DNA of 49,586 nucleotides from Neisseria sp. (GCA_030530545.1 JAUMUU010000001.1:4164-53749), one strand, 5' to 3'; positions 1 to 9,273 are shown, counted from the stretch's first letter. Notes: generated by a model not told the origin, from the letters alone. Translations and numbers: made by a program.

Positions 1-1
1 G

Positions 2-292
2 GCCGGGGGCGCGGCCGATGTCGTCGTGGCGGACAGCAGCGCCAAGGTGCTTGACGCTGTGGCGCATGTTTTGGGTGCTGAAGCCGCGCCGGTTGCAAAG
101 GCCGCGCCGCAATCCGAAAATCCGAAACGGACGGGCGGCCTGATTTTGGTGCAGACTCGCCCCGAAACTTTGGCCGAGCCGGCCGTGCAGCCGGAGCTGC
201 CGCACGGGCCGCGCCGTGCCGACCGGCCGCGCGTGGAAGAATCCGCCGCCGGCGCGGTGGATTTGGTGCAGGTGGAAACCCATAAGGGTTGA
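2..292 (+). CDS. rne: 3' end of a gene entering from the left, probably the ribonuclease E C-terminus
   Basis: Frame open from the window edge; Ala/Pro/Glu-rich disordered tail ending LVQVETHKG, like betaproteobacterial RNase E C-termini. Confidence 0.65.
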   Translation, partial: AGGAADVVVADSSAKVLDAVAHVLGAEAAPVAKAAPQSENPKRTGGLILVQTRPETLAEPAVQPELPHGPRRADRPRVEESAAGAVDLVQVETHKG

Positions 293-386
293 TGCCTTGC
301 CCTTGGGCTGCGGCAGGCCGTTTTACACGGTCTGCCGCTTTTTGCCGCCCCGTTTGCCTTTGCGGCTTTTTGGGGCTGTTTGCAAG

Positions 387-436
387 TGTAGCGGATTAAA
401 ATCGCAAGGCTAAGTCCTTGCCAACGCTCTTATGTA
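387..436 (+). mobile_element. Truncated half of a Correia-like MITE (second family)
   Basis: TGTAGCGGATTAAAATCGCAAGGC...TTGCCAACGCTCTTATGTA matches the reverse complement of the element end at 17695-17744. Confidence 0.75.
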
Positions 437-539
437 TGGTGAATTGACAAAAACCGGTACGGCGTTGCCCAGCCTTGCCATATTATCTGTACTATCTGCG
501 GTTTAGTCGCCTTGTCCTGATTTTTGTTCATCTATTATT
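435..539. mobile_element. Correia element, ~105 bp form, degenerate
   Basis: ACAAAAACCGGTACGGCGTTGCC...GTCGCCTTGTCCTGATTTTTGTT core with decayed TATAGTGGATT terminal inverted repeats; inverted copy at 49035-49139. Confidence 0.9.
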
Positions 540-579
540 ACTTTGATTTGAAGAACGGTTTCTGAAATTCGAAAGATGG

Positions 580-599
580 ATTCCCGTTTGCGCGGGAAG
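580..599. repeat. dRS3-like repeat
   Basis: ATTCCC-GTTTGCGC-GGGAAG fits ATTCCC-N8-GGGAAT with one mismatch. Confidence 0.6.
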
Positions 600-657
600 G
601 CCTATAGTCGGTAAGTTGCGTATTAAAATTAAGGTAATTTAGCGATATAAGGAGGTT

Positions 658-1227
658 TTGGGCTTTATGAATGCGGTTTATTGTTTGGATGATTTGATAT
701 GTGCCTGCCAGGATGGGGCGCGGTTGAAGTTTCTGATGTTTTGGGGGCATAAGCCCAAACGCAAGGGCGTGGCGGATAAGGCGGTGCTGAGTCAGTGGTT
801 TCCCGCCGCCTTCGAGATTGACGGCAGGATTTATCCTACCGCCGAACATTATATGATGGCGCAAAAGGCTTTGTTGTTTGGGGATTTTATGATGTTCGAG
901 CAGATTGTGTCGGCCGATAATCCGGGCAAGGCCAAGGCTTTGGGGCGGCAGATTGCGGGGTTTGATGAGGCGGTGTGGTGCGAAAACCGCGAGAGGATTG
1001 TGTATGAGGGCAATGTGGCGAAATTCGGCCAGCATGATGATTTAAAAAATTTTTTGTTGGAAACGGGTGATAAGGTGCTGGTGGAGGCCAGCCCTTGGGA
1101 CCGGGTTTGGGGAATAGGCTTGGCGGCGGACGACCCCGCTGCCGCCCGTCCGGCAGAATGGCCCGGCCTGAATCTTTTGGGCTTCACGCTGATGCGGGTG
1201 CGGGCGGCTTGGGCGGGTGCGGCATGA
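658..1227 (+). CDS. NADAR (YbiA-like) family N-glycosidase
   Basis: LSQW, YPTAEHYMMAQKA, KFGQH, LVEASPWDRVWGIG and GLNLLG motifs; AGGAGG upstream; start is TTG 658 or ATG 667. Confidence 0.9.
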   Translation: MGFMNAVYCLDDLICACQDGARLKFLMFWGHKPKRKGVADKAVLSQWFPAAFEIDGRIYPTAEHYMMAQKALLFGDFMMFEQIVSADNPGKAKALGRQIAGFDEAVWCENRERIVYEGNVAKFGQHDDLKNFLLETGDKVLVEASPWDRVWGIGLAADDPAAARPAEWPGLNLLGFTLMRVRAAWAGAA

Positions 1228-1694
1228 ATATCACGGTGTTGGCCGTCGGTACGAAGATGCCGCGCTGGGTGGATGAGGCGGTGGGCGAATATGCCAAGCG
1301 TTTCGGCCGCGATATTCGTTATGTGTTGAAGGAAATCAAGCCGGAAAGGCGGGGCGCGGGCGTGGGGGCGGCACAGGGTATGGCGGCGGAGGAAAAGCGG
1401 ATTTTGGAAGCCGTGCCGCAGGATGCCTATCTGGTGGTGCTGGACGAACGCGGCCAAGCCCCTTCTTCGGCCGGATTGGCGCAATATCTGCGCCTTTGGC
1501 GGGAGGAGGGCAGGCAGGCCTGCTTCGTCATAGGCGGTGCAGACGGTATGACCGACCGCCTCAAGCAGCAGGCGGACCTGATGCTGAGGCTGTCCAATCT
1601 GACGCTGCCGCACGGTATGGTGCGCGTTTTATTGACCGAACAGCTTTATCGGGCGGTATCGATTTTGAACAATCATCCGTATCACCGCGAATAA
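1224..1694 (+). CDS. rlmH: 23S rRNA pseudouridine-1915 N3-methyltransferase
   Basis: MNITVLAVGTKMPRWV...FVIGGADG...EQLYRA...HPYHRE; ATGA overlap with the NADAR stop. Confidence 0.97.
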   Translation: MNITVLAVGTKMPRWVDEAVGEYAKRFGRDIRYVLKEIKPERRGAGVGAAQGMAAEEKRILEAVPQDAYLVVLDERGQAPSSAGLAQYLRLWREEGRQACFVIGGADGMTDRLKQQADLMLRLSNLTLPHGMVRVLLTEQLYRAVSILNNHPYHRE

Positions 1695-1700
1695 GCCGAA

Positions 1701-1727
1701 AGGCCGTCTGAAAGTTTTTCGGCGGCC
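1701..1727. terminator. DUS with degenerate inverted partner, between convergent genes
   Basis: AGGCCGTCTGAAA...TTTTCGGCGGCC. Confidence 0.6.
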
Positions 1728-1731
1728 CGTT

Positions 1732-2061
1732 TCACGATTCTATCAAACGTTTCAAAGAGGCATGGCTGCCTTTGATGTCGGCAATCAGGCGGTCGTATTG
1801 GCGCATGCGCGACAATGAGCGTGCAATCAGGTAGACGGCCAAGGCCACCAGGCCAAGATTAATCAGGCTGACCAAAACCAGCAGCGGCCAGACTTCCTGC
1901 GGGCTGTACCATTTCGAAGTGGCAATCAGCGCGCCGAATATAGACAAGGGCATGGCAAGCACCGCGATGCCGGTACGCATGACCGACAAGGCGGTGCGTT
2001 TTTCCGACAACAGCAGTTGAACCTGATTGATACAGAGGATGTCGTTTTGTTCGGAACTCAT
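1732..2061 (-). CDS. Small membrane protein, DUF202/YidH-like
   Basis: LSEKRTALSVMRTGIA motif followed by two hydrophobic helices. Confidence 0.7.
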   Translation of the reverse strand: MSSEQNDILCINQVQLLLSEKRTALSVMRTGIAVLAMPLSIFGALIATSKWYSPQEVWPLLVLVSLINLGLVALAVYLIARSLSRMRQYDRLIADIKGSHASLKRLIES

Positions 2062-2073
2062 TTCAGACGGCCT
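2062..2073 (-). repeat. DNA uptake sequence (AG-DUS)
   Basis: TTCAGACGGCCT. Confidence 0.9.
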
Positions 2074-2150
2074 TTTCATTTTCGCGTACAATTTCGCGCC
2101 TTTCGCCAACCCCGCCCCTAAGCGGGCATTTTAAACAAGGACACAGCCAA

Positions 2151-2900
2151 ATGACCACACGGGAAGAAATACTCGCCTGGTGCGGCGGCACATTGCAAAC
2201 CGCGCAATACCAAGACTACGCGCCCAACGGCCTGCAGGTAGAGGGCGTTTGCGAAATAAAGAAAATCACAACCGCCGTAACCGCCAGCCTGGCGGCCATA
2301 GAACACGCGGCGCAAACGGGCGCGCAAATGCTGCTGGTACACCACGGCCTGTTTTGGAAAAGCGAGCCCGTTACCATCACGGGCTGGAAAAAGCAACGCA
2401 TCGCGGCATTACTCAGGCACGGCATCAACCTTGCCGGCTACCACCTGCCGCTGGACGCGCATCCCGAGCTGGGCAACAACGCCCGACTGGCCGCACTTCT
2501 GGACTGGCGGACCGAGCGCACCTGCGGCGAACAGGGGCTGCTGCACCTGGGCCGTCCCAACACCCCCAAGCCCCTGGCCGAACTGGCGCGGGAAATCGAA
2601 CACAAACTGGGGCGCGCGCCCACCGTCATAGGCGACCCCGGCCAAATCCCGCACAAAGCGGCCTGGTGCAGCGGGGGGGCGCAGGGCTTTTTCCAAACGG
2701 CCATAGACCAAGGCGCGCAAGTTTACCTCACCGGCGAAATATCCGAGGCGCAATACCACCTGGCCAAAGAAACCGGCGTGAGCTTCATCTCCGCCGGCCA
2801 CCACGCCACCGAGAGGGGCGGCATACAGGCCCTGGGGCAGGCGCTTGGGCAGCATTTCGGCATAGAAACCGACTTTTTCGATGAAGAAAACCCTGCGTAA
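2151..2900 (+). CDS. Nif3-like dinuclear metal-centre protein (YbgI family)
   Basis: DYAPNGLQVEG, VHHGLFW, YHLPLDAH and AGHHATERGG motifs. Confidence 0.95.
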   Translation: MTTREEILAWCGGTLQTAQYQDYAPNGLQVEGVCEIKKITTAVTASLAAIEHAAQTGAQMLLVHHGLFWKSEPVTITGWKKQRIAALLRHGINLAGYHLPLDAHPELGNNARLAALLDWRTERTCGEQGLLHLGRPNTPKPLAELAREIEHKLGRAPTVIGDPGQIPHKAAWCSGGAQGFFQTAIDQGAQVYLTGEISEAQYHLAKETGVSFISAGHHATERGGIQALGQALGQHFGIETDFFDEENPA

Positions 2901-3023
2901 AGTCAAACTCCGCCCTAATAATTTACCCGATTTTAAATAACGCTTTAAGCGGCCCTACTAATTCGGGTAGAATTGTCGGGTTTAATGGCTCGGTATTTTC
3001 AAAATCTTAGGATGACTGAAATA

Positions 3024-3608
3024 ATGGAAAATCATGAAATCAATCAAGAACGCCGCCGCTTCCTCGTACTGGCGACGGCGGGGGCGGGCGGGGTGGCCGC
3101 CGGGGGCGTTGCCGTACCCTTCCTGGCCAGCTGGTCCCCTTCCGAGAAGGCCAAGGCCGCCGGTGCGCCTATAGAAATAGACATAGGCAAAATCGAAGCC
3201 GGGCAGATGCTGACGGCCGAATGGCAGGGCAAGCCCGTCTGGGTGGTAAACCGCACGGACCAGCAGATAAAGGACCTCAAAGGCCTGGACGGCATCTTGG
3301 CCGACCCCGATTCCGAAGTGGACCACCAGCCTGCGGACTGCAAAAACGAAACCCGCTCCATCAAGCCCAACATATTGGTAGCCATAGGCATCTGCACCCA
3401 TTTGGGCTGCTCGCCGACCTACCGCCCCGATATCGCGCCGGCCGACTTGGGGGCGGATTGGAAAGGCGGCTTCTTCTGCCCCTGCCACGGCTCCAAATTC
3501 GACATAGCAGGCCGCGTCTACGCCGGCGTACCCGCCCCGACCAACCTAGTTGTTCCCCCGCATAAATACCTGAGCGACACCACCATCATGGTCGGTGACG
3601 AAGCATAA
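3024..3608 (+). CDS. petA: Ubiquinol-cytochrome c reductase Rieske Fe-S subunit
   Basis: Tat RRRFL motif; CTHLGC and CPCHGS boxes. Confidence 0.98.
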   Translation: MENHEINQERRRFLVLATAGAGGVAAGGVAVPFLASWSPSEKAKAAGAPIEIDIGKIEAGQMLTAEWQGKPVWVVNRTDQQIKDLKGLDGILADPDSEVDHQPADCKNETRSIKPNILVAIGICTHLGCSPTYRPDIAPADLGADWKGGFFCPCHGSKFDIAGRVYAGVPAPTNLVVPPHKYLSDTTIMVGDEA

Positions 3609-3624
3609 AAAAAGGGACTCCATC

Positions 3625-5157
3625 ATGGCAAACCAAACCAATAGCAAAGCAAAGGCATTGTTGGACTGGGTGGACGCGCGCTTCCCCCTGTCTAAAATGT
3701 GGCGCGAACACCTGTCCGAATACTACGCGCCGAAAAACTTCAACTTCTGGTACTTCTTCGGCTCGCTGGCACTTCTGGTGCTGGTGATACAGATAGTCAG
3801 CGGGATATTCCTCGTCATGAACTTCAAACCCGACGGCAACCCCAACCAATACAACCTGCCGGCCGCGTTTACCGCCGTAGAATACATCATGCGCGACGTA
3901 TCGGGGGGCTGGATTATCCGCTACATGCACTCCACGGGCGCATCCTTCTTCTTCATCGTCGTCTACCTGCACATGTTCCGCGGCCTGATTTACGGCTCGT
4001 TTAAAAAACCGCGCGAACTGGTATGGGTATTCGGCTCGCTGATTTTCCTGGCACTGATGGCCGAGGCCTTCATGGGCTACCTGCTGCCCTGGGGGCAGAT
4101 GTCCTTCTGGGGCGCGCAGGTAATCATCAACCTGTTCTCCGCCATCCCCGTCATAGGCCCCGACCTGTCCATATGGATACGCGGCGACTTCACCATTTCC
4201 GATGCCACCTTAAACCGCTTCTTCGCCCTGCACGTCATCGCCGTGCCGCTGGTGCTGCTCGGTTTGGTCGTGGCGCACATCATCGCCCTGCACGAAGTCG
4301 GCTCGAACAACCCCGACGGCGTGGAAATCAAAAAACTCAAAGACGAACGCGGCGTACCGCTGGACGGCATCCCGTTCCATCCGTATTACACCGTCAAAGA
4401 CATCTTGGGCGTAGTGGTTTTCCTGATTGTATTCTGCGCCGTCATGTTCTTCGCCCCCGAAGGCGGCGGCTACTTCCTGGAAGCCCCCAACTTCGACCCG
4501 GCCGACCCGCTCAAAACACCGGAACACATCGCGCCGGTATGGTATTTCACCCCGTTTTACGCCATTTTGCGCGCCATCCCTTCCCTGATGAACACCCAGA
4601 TTTGGGGCGTAATCGGCATGGGTGCGGCGGTAGTATTAATCGCCCTGCTGCCCTGGTTGGACAAATCGCCCGTCAAATCCGTGCGCTACCGCAACCTGAC
4701 CTTCAAAGCCATGCTGGTGATGTTCATCATCTCCTTTGTCGGATTGGGCATCTTGGGCGCGCTGGTGGCCGACAACACGCGCACCGACTTCGCCCGCTCG
4801 TTCAGCGGCTTCTATTTCCTGTTCTTTATCGCCATGCCCCTGTACACCAACCCCGACTGGATCAGGCTGGGCAAACAGGGGCATTGGGGCAAATTCCTGC
4901 TCAGCTGCGCCGTTTACCTGTTCATGCTGGTTTTCGGCTACAGCCTGGGCGCGCTTTTGCTGGAAAACAATACCGCGCGCGCTTTTGCCTTCCTCTACAC
5001 CACCTTCTTCGCCATTACGCCGTTCGCAGGCTTTTTGAACAAGGAACACGAAGTGCCGACCCGCGTAACCATGAGTACCGGGCGGCAAAAGGTCATGTTC
5101 TTCGTCTACACGGCCATCACGCTGGTTGGCGCGTATCTGTTTGCAACGAATATCTGA
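3625..5157 (+). CDS. petB: Cytochrome b, with extended C-terminal membrane region
   Basis: RYMHSTGAS, YLHMFRG, LPWGQMSFWGA, RFFALH and PVWYF motifs. Confidence 0.98.
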   Translation: MANQTNSKAKALLDWVDARFPLSKMWREHLSEYYAPKNFNFWYFFGSLALLVLVIQIVSGIFLVMNFKPDGNPNQYNLPAAFTAVEYIMRDVSGGWIIRYMHSTGASFFFIVVYLHMFRGLIYGSFKKPRELVWVFGSLIFLALMAEAFMGYLLPWGQMSFWGAQVIINLFSAIPVIGPDLSIWIRGDFTISDATLNRFFALHVIAVPLVLLGLVVAHIIALHEVGSNNPDGVEIKKLKDERGVPLDGIPFHPYYTVKDILGVVVFLIVFCAVMFFAPEGGGYFLEAPNFDPADPLKTPEHIAPVWYFTPFYAILRAIPSLMNTQIWGVIGMGAAVVLIALLPWLDKSPVKSVRYRNLTFKAMLVMFIISFVGLGILGALVADNTRTDFARSFSGFYFLFFIAMPLYTNPDWIRLGKQGHWGKFLLSCAVYLFMLVFGYSLGALLLENNTARAFAFLYTTFFAITPFAGFLNKEHEVPTRVTMSTGRQKVMFFVYTAITLVGAYLFATNI

Positions 5158-5170
5158 TGAGGGCGGCAAA

Positions 5171-5956
5171 ATGAAAAACACATTGAAAAAATGGCTGGTT
5201 GCCGCTGTTGCGGCGGCATCGGCATCTTGGGCGGGCGCGGCCGGCCATGCGGCTTACGAACCGGTGGAAATCGACCTGGGCGACCAGGTGAGCCTGCAGC
5301 GCGGCGCACAGATTTTCAGCAATTACTGCCTGTCCTGCCACTCGGCGGCCAATATGCGCTTCAACCGTTTGAAGGACATAGGCCTGACCGACGAGGAAAT
5401 TAAAAAGAACCTGATGTTCACCGGCGAAAAAGTCGGCGATGTCATGCACGCGGCCATGAATCCCAAGGACGCGAAAAAATGGTTCGGCGCGGCACCGCCG
5501 GATTTGACGCTGGTTGCCCGTTCGCGCGGCGCGGATTACCTGTACGCCTATATGCGCGGCTTCTACCGCGACCCGACCCGCCCGACCGGCTGGAACAATA
5601 CGGTGTTCGACAAAGTGGGTATGCCGCATCCCTTGTGGGAACAACAAGGCATACGCGCGGTAGAACTGGATGCGAAAGGCCAGCCTGTCATGGTGGAAGA
5701 CGGACACGGCGGGAAGAAACCCAAAATCAAGTGGGAATCGGCCGGCACGATGACGCGCAAGGCTTCGAACGGCAAATTCATCACCGCCGATTATGACGAT
5801 TATGTCCGCGACTTGGTGGCCTTTTTGGTCTATATGGGCGAACCCGCCCAAATAGAACGCAAGCAAATCGGCTATTGGGTGATGATTTTCCTGTTGGCCG
5901 TCATGCTGCCTTTGGCATATTTCCTGAAAAAGGAATATTGGAAAGACGTGCATTGA
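5171..5956 (+). CDS. petC: Cytochrome c1
   Basis: Signal peptide, CLSCH heme motif, PPDL, GMPH, C-terminal membrane anchor. Confidence 0.98.
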   Translation: MKNTLKKWLVAAVAAASASWAGAAGHAAYEPVEIDLGDQVSLQRGAQIFSNYCLSCHSAANMRFNRLKDIGLTDEEIKKNLMFTGEKVGDVMHAAMNPKDAKKWFGAAPPDLTLVARSRGADYLYAYMRGFYRDPTRPTGWNNTVFDKVGMPHPLWEQQGIRAVELDAKGQPVMVEDGHGGKKPKIKWESAGTMTRKASNGKFITADYDDYVRDLVAFLVYMGEPAQIERKQIGYWVMIFLLAVMLPLAYFLKKEYWKDVH

Positions 5957-5972
5957 TGCTTGCCAAACAAGG

Positions 5973-5998
5973 CGGGGCTGGAAAAGCCCCGTTTTTTT
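5973..5998 (+). terminator. Rho-independent terminator of petABC
   Basis: CGGGGCT-GGAAA-AGCCCCG followed by a T-run. Confidence 0.85.
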
Positions 5999-6165
5999 GT
6001 GTTTCATGGCCGCGAGCCTTTACGCCGGATACGCGAAGATGTGCGGCGGGTTTGCCTTAGCCTCATCCTGCCCTTGTTTTGTATGGATGTGGTTCAATCC
6101 GCTATAATCGGCCTTGGTTTTTAGAAATGTCTTTGCCTATCATATAAAACCGGAGTAACCCCATT

Positions 6166-6771
6166 ATGATGACGCTTTATTCAGGTATTACCTGCCCTTT
6201 CAGCCACCGCTGCCGTTTCGTCCTTTATGAAAAAGGGATGGATTTCGAAATCAAGGACGTGGATATTTTCAACAAGCCCGAAGATTTGGCAACCATGAAC
6301 CCCTACAATCAGGTGCCGGTTTTGGTGGAACGGGATTTGATTTTGCACGAGTCCAATATTATCAACGAATATATAGACGAGCGTTTCCCCCACCCGCAGC
6401 TGATGCCCGGCGACCCTGTGCAGCGCGGGCGCGGGCGGTTGGTTTTGTACCGTTTGGAACGGGAGTTGTTCAATCATGTGCAGGTGTTGGAACGCCCGGA
6501 ATCTACCTCCAAGGAGCAATCTAAGGCGCGCGAGGCCATAGGCCAGGGTCTGACTGTGCTGGCACCGGGCTTTACCAAGTATAAATATGTGTTGGGCGAT
6601 GATTTTTCTATGATAGACGTGGCCCTCGCCCCGCTGTTGTGGCGTTTGGACCATTATGATATTAAGTTGGGCAAGACGGCGGTGAGTCTGTTAAAATATG
6701 CCGAACGTATTTTTCAGCGAGAGGCCTTTATCGCCGCCCTGACTCCGGCCGAAAAGGCCATGCGCCGTTAA
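6166..6771 (+). CDS. sspA: Stringent starvation protein A
   Basis: GST fold; NPYNQVPVLVERDL, EYIDERFPHP; lies downstream of petC. Confidence 0.96.
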   Translation: MMTLYSGITCPFSHRCRFVLYEKGMDFEIKDVDIFNKPEDLATMNPYNQVPVLVERDLILHESNIINEYIDERFPHPQLMPGDPVQRGRGRLVLYRLERELFNHVQVLERPESTSKEQSKAREAIGQGLTVLAPGFTKYKYVLGDDFSMIDVALAPLLWRLDHYDIKLGKTAVSLLKYAERIFQREAFIAALTPAEKAMRR

Positions 6772-6784
6772 GTTAAGGAAGATT

Positions 6785-7201
6785 ATGGAAAAAGATATCC
6801 GCCCCTATCTGTTGCGCGCCCTTTATCAGTGGTGTATGGACAACGGCTGCACGCCCTATATCCGTGTTTGGGTAAATGAGTATACCCGCGTGCCTATGCA
6901 GTATGTGGTTGAAAACGAGATTGTGCTGAATATTGCCCCAAATGCCGTGCAGGGGTTGGATATAGGCGACGAATGGCTGAATTTTACCGCCCGTTTCAGT
7001 GGTGTGCCGCATGATATTTGGATTCCGCCCGGCCACGTTGTCGGCCTGTTCGCCCGCGAAAACGGCCAGGGCATGGGCTTTGAGCTGATTCCTTATGAGC
7101 GGTCTGAAGATGAGGATGAGGGGGAAGATGCCGCCCCGCCGCCTGAAGATGGGGAAAAGCCGAAAAACAAGGTGTTGAAGTTTGTGAAGAAAAATCCTTG
7201 A
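6785..7201 (+). CDS. sspB: ClpXP adaptor SspB
   Basis: RPYLLRALYQW, FTARFSG, ARENGQGM and C-terminal LKFVK motifs. Confidence 0.96.
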   Translation: MEKDIRPYLLRALYQWCMDNGCTPYIRVWVNEYTRVPMQYVVENEIVLNIAPNAVQGLDIGDEWLNFTARFSGVPHDIWIPPGHVVGLFARENGQGMGFELIPYERSEDEDEGEDAAPPPEDGEKPKNKVLKFVKKNP

Positions 7202-7214
7202 ATCCGGCAAGGCA

Positions 7215-7248
7215 AGGCCGTCTGATTGGTTCAGACGGCTTGTTTTTT
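7215..7248. terminator. DUS inverted-repeat terminator between sspB and dksA
   Basis: AGGCCGTCTGA-TTGG-TTCAGACGGCT followed by a T-run. Confidence 0.85.
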
Positions 7249-7256
7249 GCCAACTG

Positions 7257-7673
7257 TCAATCGGCGAATTGTTTTTTCAGGCGTTCGCGCCTTTCCTGCG
7301 CCTCCACGGACAGGGTGGCGGTGGGGCGGGCAAGCAGGCGTTTTAGGCCTATGGGTTCGCCGGTGTCCAGGCAGTAGCCGTATTCGCCCGAATCTATGGC
7401 CCGGATGGAGGCTTGGATTTTGTTCAGCATTTTGCGTTCGCGGTCGCGGGTACGCAGTTCCAAGGCGTATTCTTCCTCTTGGGTGGCGCGGTCGGCGGGG
7501 TCGGGGGCGGTTTCGTGCTTTTTGAGTTCGGCCGTGGTGCTGTTGGCGTTTTCTATCAGTTCGTTTTGCTGTTTGACCAAAAGTTCGCGGAAAAACGCCA
7601 GTTGGTCTTCGTTCATGTAGTCTTCCTCGGGACCATCCCAGTTCAATATGTCTTGCTCGGTCAGTTTGGCCAT
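7257..7673 (-). CDS. dksA: RNA polymerase-binding protein DksA
   Basis: DYMN, PDPADRATQEEE, YGYC..TGEPIGLKRLLARP. Confidence 0.97.
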   Translation of the reverse strand: MAKLTEQDILNWDGPEEDYMNEDQLAFFRELLVKQQNELIENANSTTAELKKHETAPDPADRATQEEEYALELRTRDRERKMLNKIQASIRAIDSGEYGYCLDTGEPIGLKRLLARPTATLSVEAQERRERLKKQFAD

Positions 7674-7862
7674 AATCGCCTCCTTTTTCACATTGGTGTT
7701 TTCGGTTTTTCAACTGCTTGAAAGACGGGGCAGGTTTCGTTTTATCCTATAAAAACAAATTTTTAGAATAAAAACAAGTCCTAAATGCACCCAACCCGGC
7801 CCCAAAAAGAGCGCATCATAGCATGTTTTAAACCGCCGGGCGGAAAAAGCATGGCGGCGGAA

Positions 7863-8663
7863 TCAGGTGTTTTTGAACTGTGCGGCGATTTCCCGGGAAC
7901 GCCGGACGCAGGCCGCCGCGCCCTCGGCTATGATGTCTTCGGTATTTTTGCGGCGGAAAACCTCCAAGGCGGCGGCGGTCGTTCCGCCTTTGGAGGTAAC
8001 GTTTTGTTCCAATACGGTGAAATCTTCGCCGCTTTGTTCGGCCAAGGCCACCGCGCCTTTGAAGGTGGCCAGGCTCAACAGGCGCGCCTGTTGTCCGTCA
8101 AAGCCCTGCCGCCGCGCCGCTTCGGCCAAGGCCGCCATCAGGTAAAAGACATAGGCCGAACCGCTGCCGCTGATGCCGGTCAGTCCGTGCAGTTGTTCTT
8201 CTTGCTCCAGCCACAGTGTTATGCCGCAGGCCTGCATGATGGATTGCGCCAGACTGCGGTCCGCCTCTGATACGCCCTCTGCCGCAAACAGGCCGGTTAC
8301 GCCCTCCCCTACGGCGCAAGGGGTGTTGGGGATGCAGCGTATGATGCGCCGGCTGCCGCCCAAATATTGTGCCAGGGTGCCGGTGTCCAATCCGGCCGCC
8401 ACCGATAAAACCAATGCGCCGCCGGTCTGTATGTCGGAACAAGCCGCCTGCATATCCTGGGGCTTGACCGCCAGCACCAGTATGTCGCCCTCGGTCAGGA
8501 CGGGCAGTTTTTCCGATACGGCAACGCCGAATTGCGCCGCCAGGCGGCCGCGTTTTTCCGCCCCCCGGTTGGCGACGTGGATGGGCAGTTCGGGGCGGTG
8601 CTGCCGCAGCCTGCCGATAATGGCGGCCGCCATGTTGCCGCCGCCTAGGAAGTAAAGGGTCAT
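7863..8663 (-). CDS. proC: Pyrroline-5-carboxylate reductase
   Basis: FLGGGNM, LAVKPQ, SGSGSAY and VTSKGGTT motifs. Confidence 0.97.
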   Translation of the reverse strand: MTLYFLGGGNMAAAIIGRLRQHRPELPIHVANRGAEKRGRLAAQFGVAVSEKLPVLTEGDILVLAVKPQDMQAACSDIQTGGALVLSVAAGLDTGTLAQYLGGSRRIIRCIPNTPCAVGEGVTGLFAAEGVSEADRSLAQSIMQACGITLWLEQEEQLHGLTGISGSGSAYVFYLMAALAEAARRQGFDGQQARLLSLATFKGAVALAEQSGEDFTVLEQNVTSKGGTTAAALEVFRRKNTEDIIAEGAAACVRRSREIAAQFKNT

Positions 8664-8859
8664 TTGCCGGCCTTTCTCTTTGCCTGTTGGGACGGCCGAT
8701 TGTACAGAAATACGCCCCCGGGCCGCAATCGGCCGGCCGGGTGGCTTTTTGCGGTTGAAACCGCACCCGCTGAGGCGTTAGAATCGTGTTTTCCCCAAGG
8801 CGGCCGCGATTATGCCTTGCGCCCCGGCCATCCGCCGGCCGTATAACCGGAAAGGAATT

Positions 8860-9234
8860 ATGATGAAGAAATTGTTTTTGCCCGCCCTGATGCTTTCGGC
8901 CTTGTTGGCAGGCCTGCCCGCCCGGGCCGAGTTTGTCGCCGCGTCCGAAAAGGATGCCGCGCCGGTTACGGTGGCCGAGGCCAAACTGGCCGGCGAACAT
9001 CAGGTGGTGGTGGTGGAAGGGCATATTACCGGCCGTGCCGGCACGCTCAATCCGGAAGAATATTTTTTTAAAGACGCAACCGATACGGTCAAGGTGGAAA
9101 TCAACAAGGATGTCTGGCGCGGCCAGAAGGTTTCGCCCGACACTTTAATCCGCATCACCGGCGAGGTGGACCACAATCCGTTCAATAAAACGGTGGAAAT
9201 CGAGGTGCGCCATTTGGAAATCATCGGAAAATAG
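8860..9234 (+). CDS. Periplasmic OB-fold (BOF; YgiW/YdeI family) protein
   Basis: Signal peptide; VVVEGHI, EEYFFKDAT, VEI, ITGEVD pattern. Confidence 0.88.
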   Translation: MMKKLFLPALMLSALLAGLPARAEFVAASEKDAAPVTVAEAKLAGEHQVVVVEGHITGRAGTLNPEEYFFKDATDTVKVEINKDVWRGQKVSPDTLIRITGEVDHNPFNKTVEIEVRHLEIIGK

Positions 9235-9239
9235 GCCGC

Positions 9240-9273
9240 AGGCCGTCTGAAATGGTTTCAGGCGGCCTTTTTT
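9240..9273 (+). terminator. DUS inverted-repeat terminator
   Basis: AGGCCGTCTGAAA-TGG-TTTCAGGCGGCCT followed by a T-run. Confidence 0.88.
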
